64,000 nt of DNA from Candidatus Nomurabacteria bacterium (lineage in GTDB: Bacteria > Patescibacteriota > Saccharimonadia > Saccharimonadales > JAGQNJ01): contig CP060231.1 of NCBI GenBank assembly GCA_023898625.1, forward strand, positions 212,258 to 276,257. The letters run 5' to 3'. The position numbers and the translations under genes were made by a program. Below, piece after piece: positions 1 to 7,747 of this stretch. The notes beneath the pieces are model-generated. The model saw only the letters and a list, made by a program, of their open reading frames with translations, did no database searches and was not told where the DNA came from. How positions within the stretch are numbered: position 1 is the stretch's first letter; each line of letters starts with the position of its first letter.

Positions 1-1
1 A

Positions 2-148
2 AGAACCATTACTAACAAGATACTCGATAGGTCTCAGCCCGTAATCGAAATAGAAGATATTTCAGAAACCACTATAGCCACGCTAAAAAACTTTGATAAC
101 GTAGCGTCCGTACACTATTCGGCGTTTCATAGATCATCAAACGGATGA
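2..148 (+). CDS. 3' end of a CDS entering from the left edge; ATP-cone/NrdR-like C-terminus
   Basis: Frame 2 is open from the window edge to TGA at 146-148. The tail ...TLKNFDNVASVHYSAFHRSSNG resembles the NrdR/ATP-cone ending (E. coli NrdR LKKLDKVAYIRFASVYRSF). Only 48 codons are visible. Confidence 0.35.
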   Translation, partial: RTITNKILDRSQPVIEIEDISETTIATLKNFDNVASVHYSAFHRSSNG

Positions 149-1777
149 TTACTTGCCTGACGAATGTCCAATAACCGTTTTACCGGAGTCTGTTTTGACT
201 GCTTTTTCGGTCACATCAAACTTGTCTAAATATCGCCCAAACAATAATCGTGTCTGAGAATAAATTGCGGCGAACGAACTATATACAATACTGGTTAGAG
301 GTAGGTACACCCATTGAATCATCATCCATAAGTTTCGACGTTTTTTATATCTCTTTGGTCGTGGTGGTAAGGCTCGCATGCCAAGAAAGAATGTTATAAA
401 GATTCCTGCCATAGCAATTGTTTGAATACGACTTGCTAGTACTGGAAGTTGATTTGAGGCAAAATCATTTGGATTAAACCAAGCTGGTATAAACGCCGCA
501 AAAGTTAAAACTAGGGGCGCGGTTGACCAGCTAATATGACCCTCTAATAATCGCAAAAACTTCATAAGTTTATCTGCTTTAGGGATGTTGTTTGGAGTGA
601 ACCAAGCTTTTTCGGCAACATATGCAATATCTGATGCACCATATGCCCAACGTCGCATCTGGATAAACTGGGCCTTTAAGGTACGTCGATAATTCTTATC
701 CAAAACTGCATCCTGATAAATTGGCAAAAATATTGGGTAAACCTCGTGCTTACCATCGTATCGAAAATATGTCCGCCAAAATTGGTGACCATCCTCAACA
801 ATTGTACGAACGCTCCAAAAATCGGTGTCTATAAGGGCTTGCATATTCTGTGCATGAGAAGCAAAGTTACGTAAAGCGTGGGGTCTAAGAGAAAGAATAA
901 TATTCCAAAAAGAGTTACCCGTTGCTACAACTCGCATAGGGGCTGGTACATCCCAAATATTATTCGTAAAGATCGGTATCGGTTGATATGAAATATATTG
1001 TGGCTCTGGCGAGACTGCATAGGTATAAGTTAGTGCTGGTAGATAATTAACATGAGGACGATTATCGGAATCTAGGGTAGTAACAATGACGTTTATGGGG
1101 TCAATCCCCTCCTTCTTTAGATATTTTTGTAGCTCGCGCCCGGCATATGTAATGTTCCCCCCTTTGCCTACGACTTCATTAGGTAATCCATCAGGATGTT
1201 TTACTGCCATGGCGTGAGCAAATTCACTTTGATACTCAGTAACCAAAGCGTTAGCTTGCTCTTCTACCGTTTCCCCACCCCTTTCTTCGTAAGCCAAAAC
1301 AAAAATAACCTTATCCATATCATAATGAGATGATAAAACTGACTTAATTGTAGGCTCAAGAACGTCCCGACTTTCGTTATATGTTGCGATAATTATGGCA
1401 TGATAAATATCTTTTGGATCAACAGCTCTCTTCTCTCTAATGCGCAATAAATTATTAAAGTGCCACTTTGGTAAGTCTTTTGTTGGTTGGTAGTCCTTGG
1501 TTGGGTCTTCAATCTGGGCTAGCATTTTCGGCCAATTAAGCTTTTCATGAACCTTCATTGTCTTCCATCCCTGAATTACCCTAACATTCAAGCCTATCGC
1601 TCGAACAAACCAAATCAAGAAAAATGCAATTATCAGCAACGCTACTAGATGAGCCATAAAAATACTCAATACAAACGGCAAAATGATAATTGACCAAGTT
1701 ATTATTCCGGGTAGTTTCTCAAAAAAAATATAATGAGGCTTTTTCTCTGACTGTAGAGGTATTTCAATGTTCTTCAT
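149..1777 (-). CDS. membrane-embedded processive family-2 glycosyltransferase (cellulose/chitin-synthase-like)
   Basis: 542-aa ORF with an N-terminal TM pair. GT-A motifs are 'IIIATYNE' and D-x-D 'TLDSDNRP'. The processive-GT2 signature Q-x-x-R-W appears as 'FIQMRRWAYG'. C-terminal TM helices are present. Confidence 0.8.
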   Translation of the reverse strand: MKNIEIPLQSEKKPHYIFFEKLPGIITWSIIILPFVLSIFMAHLVALLIIAFFLIWFVRAIGLNVRVIQGWKTMKVHEKLNWPKMLAQIEDPTKDYQPTKDLPKWHFNNLLRIREKRAVDPKDIYHAIIIATYNESRDVLEPTIKSVLSSHYDMDKVIFVLAYEERGGETVEEQANALVTEYQSEFAHAMAVKHPDGLPNEVVGKGGNITYAGRELQKYLKKEGIDPINVIVTTLDSDNRPHVNYLPALTYTYAVSPEPQYISYQPIPIFTNNIWDVPAPMRVVATGNSFWNIILSLRPHALRNFASHAQNMQALIDTDFWSVRTIVEDGHQFWRTYFRYDGKHEVYPIFLPIYQDAVLDKNYRRTLKAQFIQMRRWAYGASDIAYVAEKAWFTPNNIPKADKLMKFLRLLEGHISWSTAPLVLTFAAFIPAWFNPNDFASNQLPVLASRIQTIAMAGIFITFFLGMRALPPRPKRYKKRRNLWMMIQWVYLPLTSIVYSSFAAIYSQTRLLFGRYLDKFDVTEKAVKTDSGKTVIGHSSGK

Positions 1778-2127
1778 CTTAACGCTAACAGTGAGTTACT
1801 TACAAGCAAGGTGAGCACTAATAACAGAAGGCAAAGTGCCGATATAACTATTGCGTATTGTCTATGCATTTTATACGCCCGTCTACTGAGTAAAATTTGA
1901 AATACAAAAATCATAATTCCAAAAATTATGAACAACCAAAATGTCGAGCTATCACCTGCCTTGTAGGCACCTAAACCAAGATTGTCACGATATTGCACAA
2001 TATAGCTACCACGGCTACTATCTAATCTTGAAAGTATCGCTAGTGTATTAAATACTGTAACAAAAAGGCTTGCGCTTAATAATAGCAATATCCATCTATC
2101 ATGAAAGAATTTTTTAATATCAGCCAT
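1774..2127 (-). CDS. small polytopic membrane protein, translationally coupled to the GT2 gene
   Basis: 117-aa ORF with 3-4 hydrophobic helices. Its stop overlaps the GT2 start by 4 nt (1774-1777). No recognisable family. Confidence 0.55.
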   Translation of the reverse strand: MADIKKFFHDRWILLLLSASLFVTVFNTLAILSRLDSSRGSYIVQYRDNLGLGAYKAGDSSTFWLFIIFGIMIFVFQILLSRRAYKMHRQYAIVISALCLLLLVLTLLVSNSLLALR

Positions 2128-2169
2128 TGCCTAAATTATAGTTGTTTGTATAAAAAAATGATAGAGACT

Positions 2170-2631
2170 TTAGCGCCCGCTTCTAGAATATATAGTCGAA
2201 TCGATCTCGGCATCTTGCGGTAAATCACCAAACACGGACTTAATCATATCTAGGAACATCTGTGAGGGAATCCTTATTGTATTATCGTACGGAAATGTGT
2301 AGTCTGTCATGTAGCTCTCTACGATGTGCAATCCTTCGACCTCATCGAGCCGTCTTTCTATAGTAGACACTTCTCTTGGTCCTTTTGTTTGAGGATACCA
2401 CTCCAGGGTAAATGCGTCCTTGTCTGCTCGTTTGAACACTTGTCTTGACAAACCAAACTCACCTGTCTGCCGATTTTCGGCGACTTCAAACCTGATAGCT
2501 TCATCAAGACCCATGGTATCCAGCAATAACTTGCCATATTTTTGAACGTGATCAAAAACCTCTAGATCTCTTTGTCTTAACTGTTCGTTTGAAGAGTTTG
2601 TTTCCTTCTCTCTACTCCATAATTTCTTCAT
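2170..2631 (-). CDS. hypothetical protein (153 aa)
   Basis: Long ORF in the dominant coding direction with no motif I recognise. The alternative-frame ORF 2358..2555 is nested inside it and was judged spurious. Confidence 0.5.
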   Translation of the reverse strand: MKKLWSREKETNSSNEQLRQRDLEVFDHVQKYGKLLLDTMGLDEAIRFEVAENRQTGEFGLSRQVFKRADKDAFTLEWYPQTKGPREVSTIERRLDEVEGLHIVESYMTDYTFPYDNTIRIPSQMFLDMIKSVFGDLPQDAEIDSTIYSRSGR

Positions 2632-2680
2632 AGTGTGTAATGATAGTTCATTAAAGTAACATAAGCAAGCATAGGTATTT

Positions 2681-2754
2681 TGGTGCGGGATACGAGAATC
2701 AAACTCGTACCTCTTGCTTGGGAAGCAAGCGTACTATCACTATACTAATCCCGC
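2681..2754 (-). tRNA. tRNA-Gly (anticodon CCC), CCA encoded
   Basis: The reverse complement reads GCGGGAT TA GTAT AGTGATA GTAC G CTTGC TTCCCAA GCAAG AGGT ACGAG TTTGATT CTCGT ATCCCGC A CCA. This is a full 74-nt cloverleaf with anticodon loop TTCCCAA. Confidence 0.9.
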
Positions 2755-2756
2755 AG

Positions 2757-2832
2757 TGGAGCCACCTAGCAGGATCGAACTGCTGACCTACGCGTTACGA
2801 ATGCGTCGCTCTACCGACTGAGCTAAGGTGGC
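2757..2832 (-). tRNA. tRNA-Thr (anticodon CGT), CCA encoded
   Basis: The reverse complement reads GCCACCT TA GCTC AGTCGGTA GAGC G ACGCA TTCGTAA CGCGT AGGTC AGCAG TTCGATC CTGCT AGGTGGC T CCA. There is one A-C mismatch at the base of the anticodon stem. It lies 2 nt from tRNA-Gly, so the two are probably co-transcribed. Confidence 0.85.
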
Positions 2833-2905
2833 AATAACTACACTATTGTAACAGATTGCAATACTAAACATATTCTGATAAACTGCTATGGTATTTATTG
2901 GCCTT

Positions 2906-2982
2906 GGGCTCGTGGTGTAGAGGCCTAACATGCCTCCCTGTCACGGAGGAGATCGCCGGTTCGAATCCGGTCGAGCCCGCCA
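2906..2982 (+). tRNA. tRNA-Asp (anticodon GTC), CCA encoded
   Basis: GGGCTCG TG GTGT AGAGGCCTA ACAT G CCTCC CTGTCAC GGAGG AGATC GCCGG TTCGAAT CCGGT CGAGCCC G CCA, a 77-nt cloverleaf. Confidence 0.9.
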
Positions 2983-2995
2983 ATATCGCAGAATG

Positions 2996-3023
2996 AATCA
3001 TCCGTCTTCTAGGATGATTTTTT
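2996..3023 (+). terminator. rho-independent terminator after tRNA-Asp
   Basis: An 8-bp stem AATCATCC/GGATGATT (2996-3003 / 3012-3019) with an 8-nt loop, followed by TTTT. Confidence 0.6.
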
Positions 3024-3600
3024 ATTGTTCATTGTCTGGACGACACGCATACACGTGCAACGAAGGGATTCTTTGTACCTCGCTACCTTTATGTAACTGA
3101 ATCTCTTGATTATACACATCAAGCTCTATTGGCTCCCCACCAATATTCCCTCGCCAAACAGTAAGTTCTGGGGTACTCCTAGCTTCGTCCTTAATGGCTT
3201 CGACTCCAGAAATTAGATCATCCAGTAGTTTCTTTGTTCGTTCTGGTACGGAACCCCTAATCGAATGCGGATTACCAAATTCGGGATCTTCACCTTGCTC
3301 CATCAGTTCTTGTCTTCTATCTGGCTGAAGATACAACAAAGACATAAAAGGCCTACCCTTAATAATTGATGGTGCGCTCGTCGTATCGATCTGACTATCA
3401 TTATTAATCTCGCCAATAATTTTAAACTCGCTATATTCGAGTCCTGCTATTTGATTAAGCAACCTCCTATTGTATTCCTCAATCTCTTGATAATCTTCTT
3501 CTAGTTGTTCCTTAGACTGCGCATCAATAACATCAAACTGTTCCCACATAGCAGAGCTATGAGGATCTGGCATATTATCTTTATTTGAGCCTGAATCCAT
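3022..3600 (-). CDS. hypothetical acidic protein (192 aa)
   Basis: Long ORF preceded by a purine-rich SD (AGAGGGG) about 8 nt upstream of the ATG. It starts 20 nt downstream of the small ORF 3621..3800, which looks like an operon. No recognisable domain. Confidence 0.55.
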   Translation of the reverse strand: MDSGSNKDNMPDPHSSAMWEQFDVIDAQSKEQLEEDYQEIEEYNRRLLNQIAGLEYSEFKIIGEINNDSQIDTTSAPSIIKGRPFMSLLYLQPDRRQELMEQGEDPEFGNPHSIRGSVPERTKKLLDDLISGVEAIKDEARSTPELTVWRGNIGGEPIELDVYNQEIQLHKGSEVQRIPSLHVYACRPDNEQ

Positions 3601-3620
3601 AAATTACCCCTCTTTCTTAG

Positions 3621-3800
3621 TTAGTGTTTGGCCTTTGATGATAAATGCCAGCCATTACAAACAAGACATTTATACACTCTTCTAGGCTTCCCTAGAGTTT
3701 TGTTTTGATTAATACGTTTTAATGCCTCTTGTGCTGACGCGTCGTTGGAATAGCGAGTTTTATTCTTGCAGTTCTTCTTCTCTATGGAATTATTCGACAT
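3621..3800 (-). CDS. small basic Cys/His protein (59 aa), possible zinc-ribbon
   Basis: Not in the supplied track because it is under 60 aa. My translation is MSNNSIEKKNCKNKTRYSNDASAQEALKRINQNKTLGKPRRVYKCLVCNGWHLSSKAKH. It has C11 plus a C-x2-C-x3-H cluster at the C-terminus. A TATAAT box ends 8 nt before the ATG. Confidence 0.4.
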   Translation of the reverse strand: MSNNSIEKKNCKNKTRYSNDASAQEALKRINQNKTLGKPRRVYKCLVCNGWHLSSKAKH

Positions 3801-3824
3801 CTACCCAGATTATATAATGAAGTT

Positions 3825-3858
3825 AAAAAATCCTCATGATGTACTCTGAGGATTTTTT
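3825..3858 (-). terminator. rho-independent (bidirectional-looking) terminator after the RRM-protein gene
   Basis: Stem TCCTCA/TGAGGA (3831-3836 / 3847-3852) flanked by A6 (3825-3830) and T6 (3853-3858). On the minus strand the hairpin is followed by a U-run. Confidence 0.65.
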
Positions 3859-3878
3859 ATTGACATCAATATATTCTA

Positions 3879-4202
3879 CTATCGTTGTCTAAAAGAAGAG
3901 CTCTGATTGAAGTCCCCATTACCAGGGCGAGATCGATCATTGCGAGGACGATCCTCACGTGGACGAGCCTCATTTACCACAATCTTGCGTCCTCCAAGTT
4001 CACTACCATCTAAAGCCTTAATCGCTTCCTTTGCTTCGTCTGCTGATTCAAATTCAACAAAACCAAAACCTTTTGAGCGACCAGTATCTCTATCGGTAAT
4101 TACGTTGGCATATGATACCGTACCGTGTGTTGCAAATAAATCTTGCAATTCTTGTGTAGTTGTAGAGTACGGCAAACCACCAACATATAACTTACTAGCC
4201 AT
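3879..4202 (-). CDS. RRM-type RNA-binding protein with Arg-rich tail
   Basis: RNP-2 'LYVGGL' and RNP-1 'KGFGFVEF' motifs, 107 aa, with a C-terminal RPREDRPRNDRSRPG tail. Confidence 0.9.
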   Translation of the reverse strand: MASKLYVGGLPYSTTTQELQDLFATHGTVSYANVITDRDTGRSKGFGFVEFESADEAKEAIKALDGSELGGRKIVVNEARPREDRPRNDRSRPGNGDFNQSSSFRQR

Positions 4203-4316
4203 TAAGATTAGTTCCTTTCTATTAATCTTTCAGGTCGACCATCTTTACTCACTCACTAAACTAATGGCTTGTTAAGAATCCTGTCTAAATATCATACACT
4301 ATTATTGATTAATTTA

Positions 4317-5414
4317 CTAGTTATCCGATGGAGATGCTTGTTGGTCTGTCTGGGGTTCTGGCAAGCTAATGTAAGCTCTTGTTTTAGTTTGGTCCTTCCT
4401 ATCGTTAAGATATTGATTAATATCTTTGAAGTTAAACACAATGTGAGCAACCTTTGCTTTATCGCCATCCTGAAGCTCGATCAACTTATAGATTTCAAGT
4501 GAATTGCCCGTATTAACTATTCCTGAAACCTGACCTGGTTGTAGTTTAAAGATAGCATCGATAGTTTGTGGAGAAATATCTCTGTTAGATTTCTCGATTA
4601 AGAATCCATATTCTCCACCCTTGTCTTTTGTTGTTACTTCATCGGAATAAGTTTTCGCAACCTCTGCAAAATCCTTTCCATTGTTGATTTCTGCCAAGGC
4701 TGAATTTGCTCGCCCTTGAGTATCTACGTCAAGTGACGCGAGGACTTTTTGTTGTAGTAAATTACCATGAACATACCGTTTAAAGTCAGCCTCATCCCAC
4801 CCGAAATATTCCTTCAAGACATCATCTAAAACATCCTTGCTGCTACCAAGACGTTCCTGGTTGCGTAATAAAGTAATCTGATCCTGAACTTCTTGGTCAC
4901 TAACTGTAATCTTCTTTTCTTTTGCAATCTGTTTAATATACGCATCGTTGATTACTTTAGTTAATGAGCGGTTTTTTGCAACTATCAGTTGTTGCTTGCC
5001 GTAGTCACTATTAAAATCTAGTTTTTGCTGGTTTTCGTAATAATGCTGATACCTCCTTAACTCAAAAAGATAATTCTCATAAGCTATAAACTTATCGCCT
5101 TGCCTTGCAATAGGAAACGGAATTACTTGAGTAGCTTTATAAATAAATGTCGAGGTTGAGTGGAAACGATACAACGCCGTTATACAGTACGTAAAAAATA
5201 CGACAAACGTAACTAATACAATAGTAATCGTAAGTATTACAATCTTATGCTTTGAATGTTGCAAAGGATATATATATTTACGTGCACTTGATAACACTTC
5301 CTCTCGATGTTCAGCGACAGTATCATTTGTAATCTTAGGGATTTCCGAAGTCGCCAAAGAACCTGCCTTCTTCTTTAGTCTTGGTCGCCTAAACTTCTTC
5401 GAGATCTTCTTCAT
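4317..5414 (-). CDS. membrane-anchored parvulin-type peptidyl-prolyl isomerase (PrsA/SurA-like)
   Basis: An N-terminal basic segment and a TM helix, a SurA-N-like helical region, and a C-terminal parvulin block '...FAEVAKTYSDE...GGEYGFL...QPGQVSGIVNTGNSLEIYKL'. Confidence 0.75.
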   Translation of the reverse strand: MKKISKKFRRPRLKKKAGSLATSEIPKITNDTVAEHREEVLSSARKYIYPLQHSKHKIVILTITIVLVTFVVFFTYCITALYRFHSTSTFIYKATQVIPFPIARQGDKFIAYENYLFELRRYQHYYENQQKLDFNSDYGKQQLIVAKNRSLTKVINDAYIKQIAKEKKITVSDQEVQDQITLLRNQERLGSSKDVLDDVLKEYFGWDEADFKRYVHGNLLQQKVLASLDVDTQGRANSALAEINNGKDFAEVAKTYSDEVTTKDKGGEYGFLIEKSNRDISPQTIDAIFKLQPGQVSGIVNTGNSLEIYKLIELQDGDKAKVAHIVFNFKDINQYLNDRKDQTKTRAYISLPEPQTDQQASPSDN

Positions 5415-5970
5415 TATACTCCTTGTCTTGTTTTATATCTGCTGGATCAACTTGTTCCGCTTCTATTCCTTCAGATCTAAGTACATCGGTTATGCATCTA
5501 ATTACTTCTGTTGGATGATGAACTTCATGGATCACCAAATCGCCCATGTAAGTCTGTATCATTATTGTACCAAATCCTAGTAAAGTTGCTTGTATGCCCT
5601 TCACCTCATAGCTAGTTGCTAGTATTTTTTTTAAGCCTATATCGACTACAGATCTATTAAAAAAACCTTTCTGAGTGATTTGTATTAAGCGTTGGTTGGT
5701 CACAATAAATACGCTATACCAATAAATTATCCATGAAGGAATAAACAAAATAATACCCAGCACCAGTCCACCAGCTAGGCCACCGTAAAAATAAGACATT
5801 TCAGGTTTTATTAACGCTGGTATTGAACCGGCTAGTATGGCTAACATTGATATAATTAAGCCTTTACGCATAACTATCGGATGTTTACGAAACAGGTACA
5901 AAACTTCCTCATCATCAAATTGATCAGCAAAATCCTTATTTTGCTTTTTAGGAGAACTACTCTTTGGCAT
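5389..5970 (-). CDS. membrane protein with bacterial PH (bPH_2/YdbT-like) domain
   Basis: 'EEVLYLFRKHPIVM', two TM helices, then 'FIVTNQRLIQI..' are typical of YdbS/YdbT-type PH proteins. It overlaps the downstream gene by 26 nt. Confidence 0.6.
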   Translation of the reverse strand: MPKSSSPKKQNKDFADQFDDEEVLYLFRKHPIVMRKGLIISMLAILAGSIPALIKPEMSYFYGGLAGGLVLGIILFIPSWIIYWYSVFIVTNQRLIQITQKGFFNRSVVDIGLKKILATSYEVKGIQATLLGFGTIMIQTYMGDLVIHEVHHPTEVIRCITDVLRSEGIEAEQVDPADIKQDKEYNEEDLEEV

Positions 5971-6059
5971 AACAATATTTTACATTAGTAAGTATAAGTA
6001 GTATAGGATAAAAATAACTGAACTCTAGTTATAATAAGATACATTAATCAAATTAATCA

Positions 6060-6135
6060 TGGTGACCCGGGAGGGATTCGAACCCCCAACACCCACCTTA
6101 GGACGGTGGTGTTCTATCCGTTGAACTACCGGGCC
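6060..6135 (-). tRNA. tRNA-Arg (anticodon CCT), CCA encoded
   Basis: The reverse complement reads GGCCCGG TA GTTC AACGGATA GAAC A CCACC GTCCTAA GGTGG GTGTT GGGGG TTCGAAT CCCTC CCGGGTC A CCA. The cloverleaf closes. G at position 32 is unusual. Confidence 0.75.
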
Positions 6136-6163
6136 AAGTATGCATTACAGCATACATTTAATA

Positions 6164-6724
6164 TTAGACTTGAGTTAGACCCTCGTGAACCGTCGTGTAT
6201 GTAAATAATTCTGATTCCTCAAACCACATTTTGATTTCATTTTCAGCCTCACTAACTGATCCGGAGGCATGAACTATGTTGGCGGCGCCTTTCTTCTTTA
6301 GTGATGCCCGTCCTAGGCTAAGATGCGCATAGTCGCCCCTAATCGTACCTGGCGCAGAATCTTTTGGCCCAGTCTTACCAACCATTTTTCTAACAATTTC
6401 TACGGCGTGCCCGCCTTCAAGAACCATAGCAACAACTGGAGCGCTTCTCATAAATTTACGTGTAGCATCCACTATCATATCACCGATTTCCTCGACAGTT
6501 TCACTGTACTCAACACCGTAAGCATCCCAATCCTCTTTAGTTTTATTACCTACAATTGGGATAAGGTCATCCGGATAATGTGACTTTAATAACTCCATCT
6601 CTGGTATCATCATTTTCATGCCAACAATCTTAAGGCCTGCCCTCTCAAAACGAGTAATAATCTCCCCAGCTATGGCCCGCTGAATTGTATCTGGCTTTAG
6701 TATCACCAAAGTTCTTTCCATCAA
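6164..6724 (-). CDS. ndk: nucleoside-diphosphate kinase (long form)
   Basis: 'ERTLVILKPD', 'GPKDSAPGTIRGDY' and the catalytic-His context 'NIVHASGS'. At 186 aa it is longer than classical ~140-150 aa NDKs, with an insertion after the first third. Confidence 0.85.
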   Translation of the reverse strand: MMERTLVILKPDTIQRAIAGEIITRFERAGLKIVGMKMMIPEMELLKSHYPDDLIPIVGNKTKEDWDAYGVEYSETVEEIGDMIVDATRKFMRSAPVVAMVLEGGHAVEIVRKMVGKTGPKDSAPGTIRGDYAHLSLGRASLKKKGAANIVHASGSVSEAENEIKMWFEESELFTYTTVHEGLTQV

Positions 6725-6802
6725 TATTCCTTTCGTATTATAGTTATTTTATTGTACAAAATATTGTATCTGTTGTCACCCTTAATGCCGTACAATATAA
6801 GT

Positions 6803-7726
6803 ATGAAATTCAGCAAAGCAAAAGATGAATTCCTAGAATACCTAGAGATTGAACAAGGACGTTCGTTAAAAACAATACACAATTACAACCATTATCTTAC
6901 GCGCATTGAAGATTATGCTGGAGATATTAATGTTAAAGATATAAATCCAGAATTTGTCCGTAAGTGGCGCTTGTGGCTAAATAGACTAGGCACAAATGTA
7001 AGTGATGAATTACAAAAAAACACCATTAATTACCACTTAATTGCGCTGAGAAGTTTTTTAAAATGGTGTACGAAACGCAATTATGATTCGATGCCAGCGG
7101 ATAAGATTGAACTTGCCAAAAGCAATAGAAACGAGGTTTCATTCTTATCAATCGATGAGTTGAATAAACTTTTTGCTCAGCCAAACACATCAACCCTACA
7201 GGGGTTGAGAGATCGTTCTATCCTAGAATTACTGTTTAGTAGTGGCTTACGCGTATCAGAACTCACAAACCTAAACAAGGAGCACATTAACCTTAAAACA
7301 AAAGAGTTTACTGTTCGAGGAAAAGGCCAGAAAGACCGACCAATATTTATTAGTGATAGCGCGTCAAGCTGGATAGACAAATACATAGAAACCAGGAATG
7401 ATACAATCCCTGCACTATTTATCGGGCACAGTAATAAAAAACCAAAGGTAGACAGAACTGGCGATTATTCTCGATTAACACCCAGAAGTATCCAAAGAAT
7501 GGTTTCTAAGTATGCTCTGCTGGCTGGAATAACCAAACATGTTTCACCGCACACTCTGAGACACAGCTTTGCTACGGACCTATTACGTAATGGCGCTGAT
7601 TTACGTAGCGTGCAAGCAATGTTAGGCCACAGCAATATTTCCACCACACAAATCTACACCCATGTAACAGATCCACACCTAAAGAATATTCATAAGAGAT
7701 TCCATTCTAAACAAAATAGACAGTAG
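6803..7726 (+). CDS. tyrosine recombinase, XerC/XerD family
   Basis: The catalytic region is 'HTLRHSFATDLLRNGADLRSVQAMLGHSNISTTQIYTHV'. I prefer the ATG at 6803 (MKFSKAKDEFLEYL...) over the TTG at 6752 used by the track. Confidence 0.85.
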   Translation: MKFSKAKDEFLEYLEIEQGRSLKTIHNYNHYLTRIEDYAGDINVKDINPEFVRKWRLWLNRLGTNVSDELQKNTINYHLIALRSFLKWCTKRNYDSMPADKIELAKSNRNEVSFLSIDELNKLFAQPNTSTLQGLRDRSILELLFSSGLRVSELTNLNKEHINLKTKEFTVRGKGQKDRPIFISDSASSWIDKYIETRNDTIPALFIGHSNKKPKVDRTGDYSRLTPRSIQRMVSKYALLAGITKHVSPHTLRHSFATDLLRNGADLRSVQAMLGHSNISTTQIYTHVTDPHLKNIHKRFHSKQNRQ

Positions 7727-7747
7727 TTATGGACGTTTAAATATACA

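Noticed and set aside
3907-4275. Antisense ORFs listed in the track opposite well-supported genes. Examples are 3907..4275, 6323..6583, 13210..13428, 14174..14410, 15585..15941, 16800..17267, 19975..20280, 33039..33338, 38945..39241 and 62654..63070.
   Set aside because: Each lies wholly inside a gene with clear family motifs on the other strand. They have Ser/Leu/Pro-rich shadow-like composition and no start context.
6752-6802. Long N-terminal extensions implied by the track's upstream alternative starts for xer (6752), tlyA (27428), holA (47791), polA (52876), the P-type ATPase (52787), crp (25083), the minor pilin (10102) and SQS/PSY (56679).
   Set aside because: The extensions are non-conserved Cys/Trp/Arg-rich or hydrophobic strings overlapping neighbouring genes. 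Internal ATGs give canonical family N-termini and neat ATGA/TAATG couplings.
6060-7726. The tRNA-Arg plus nearby tyrosine recombinase as the edge of an integrated genomic island.
   Set aside because: The recombinase has XerC/D-type length and motifs. ndk lies between it and the tRNA. I saw no direct repeat of the tRNA 3' end in the window.
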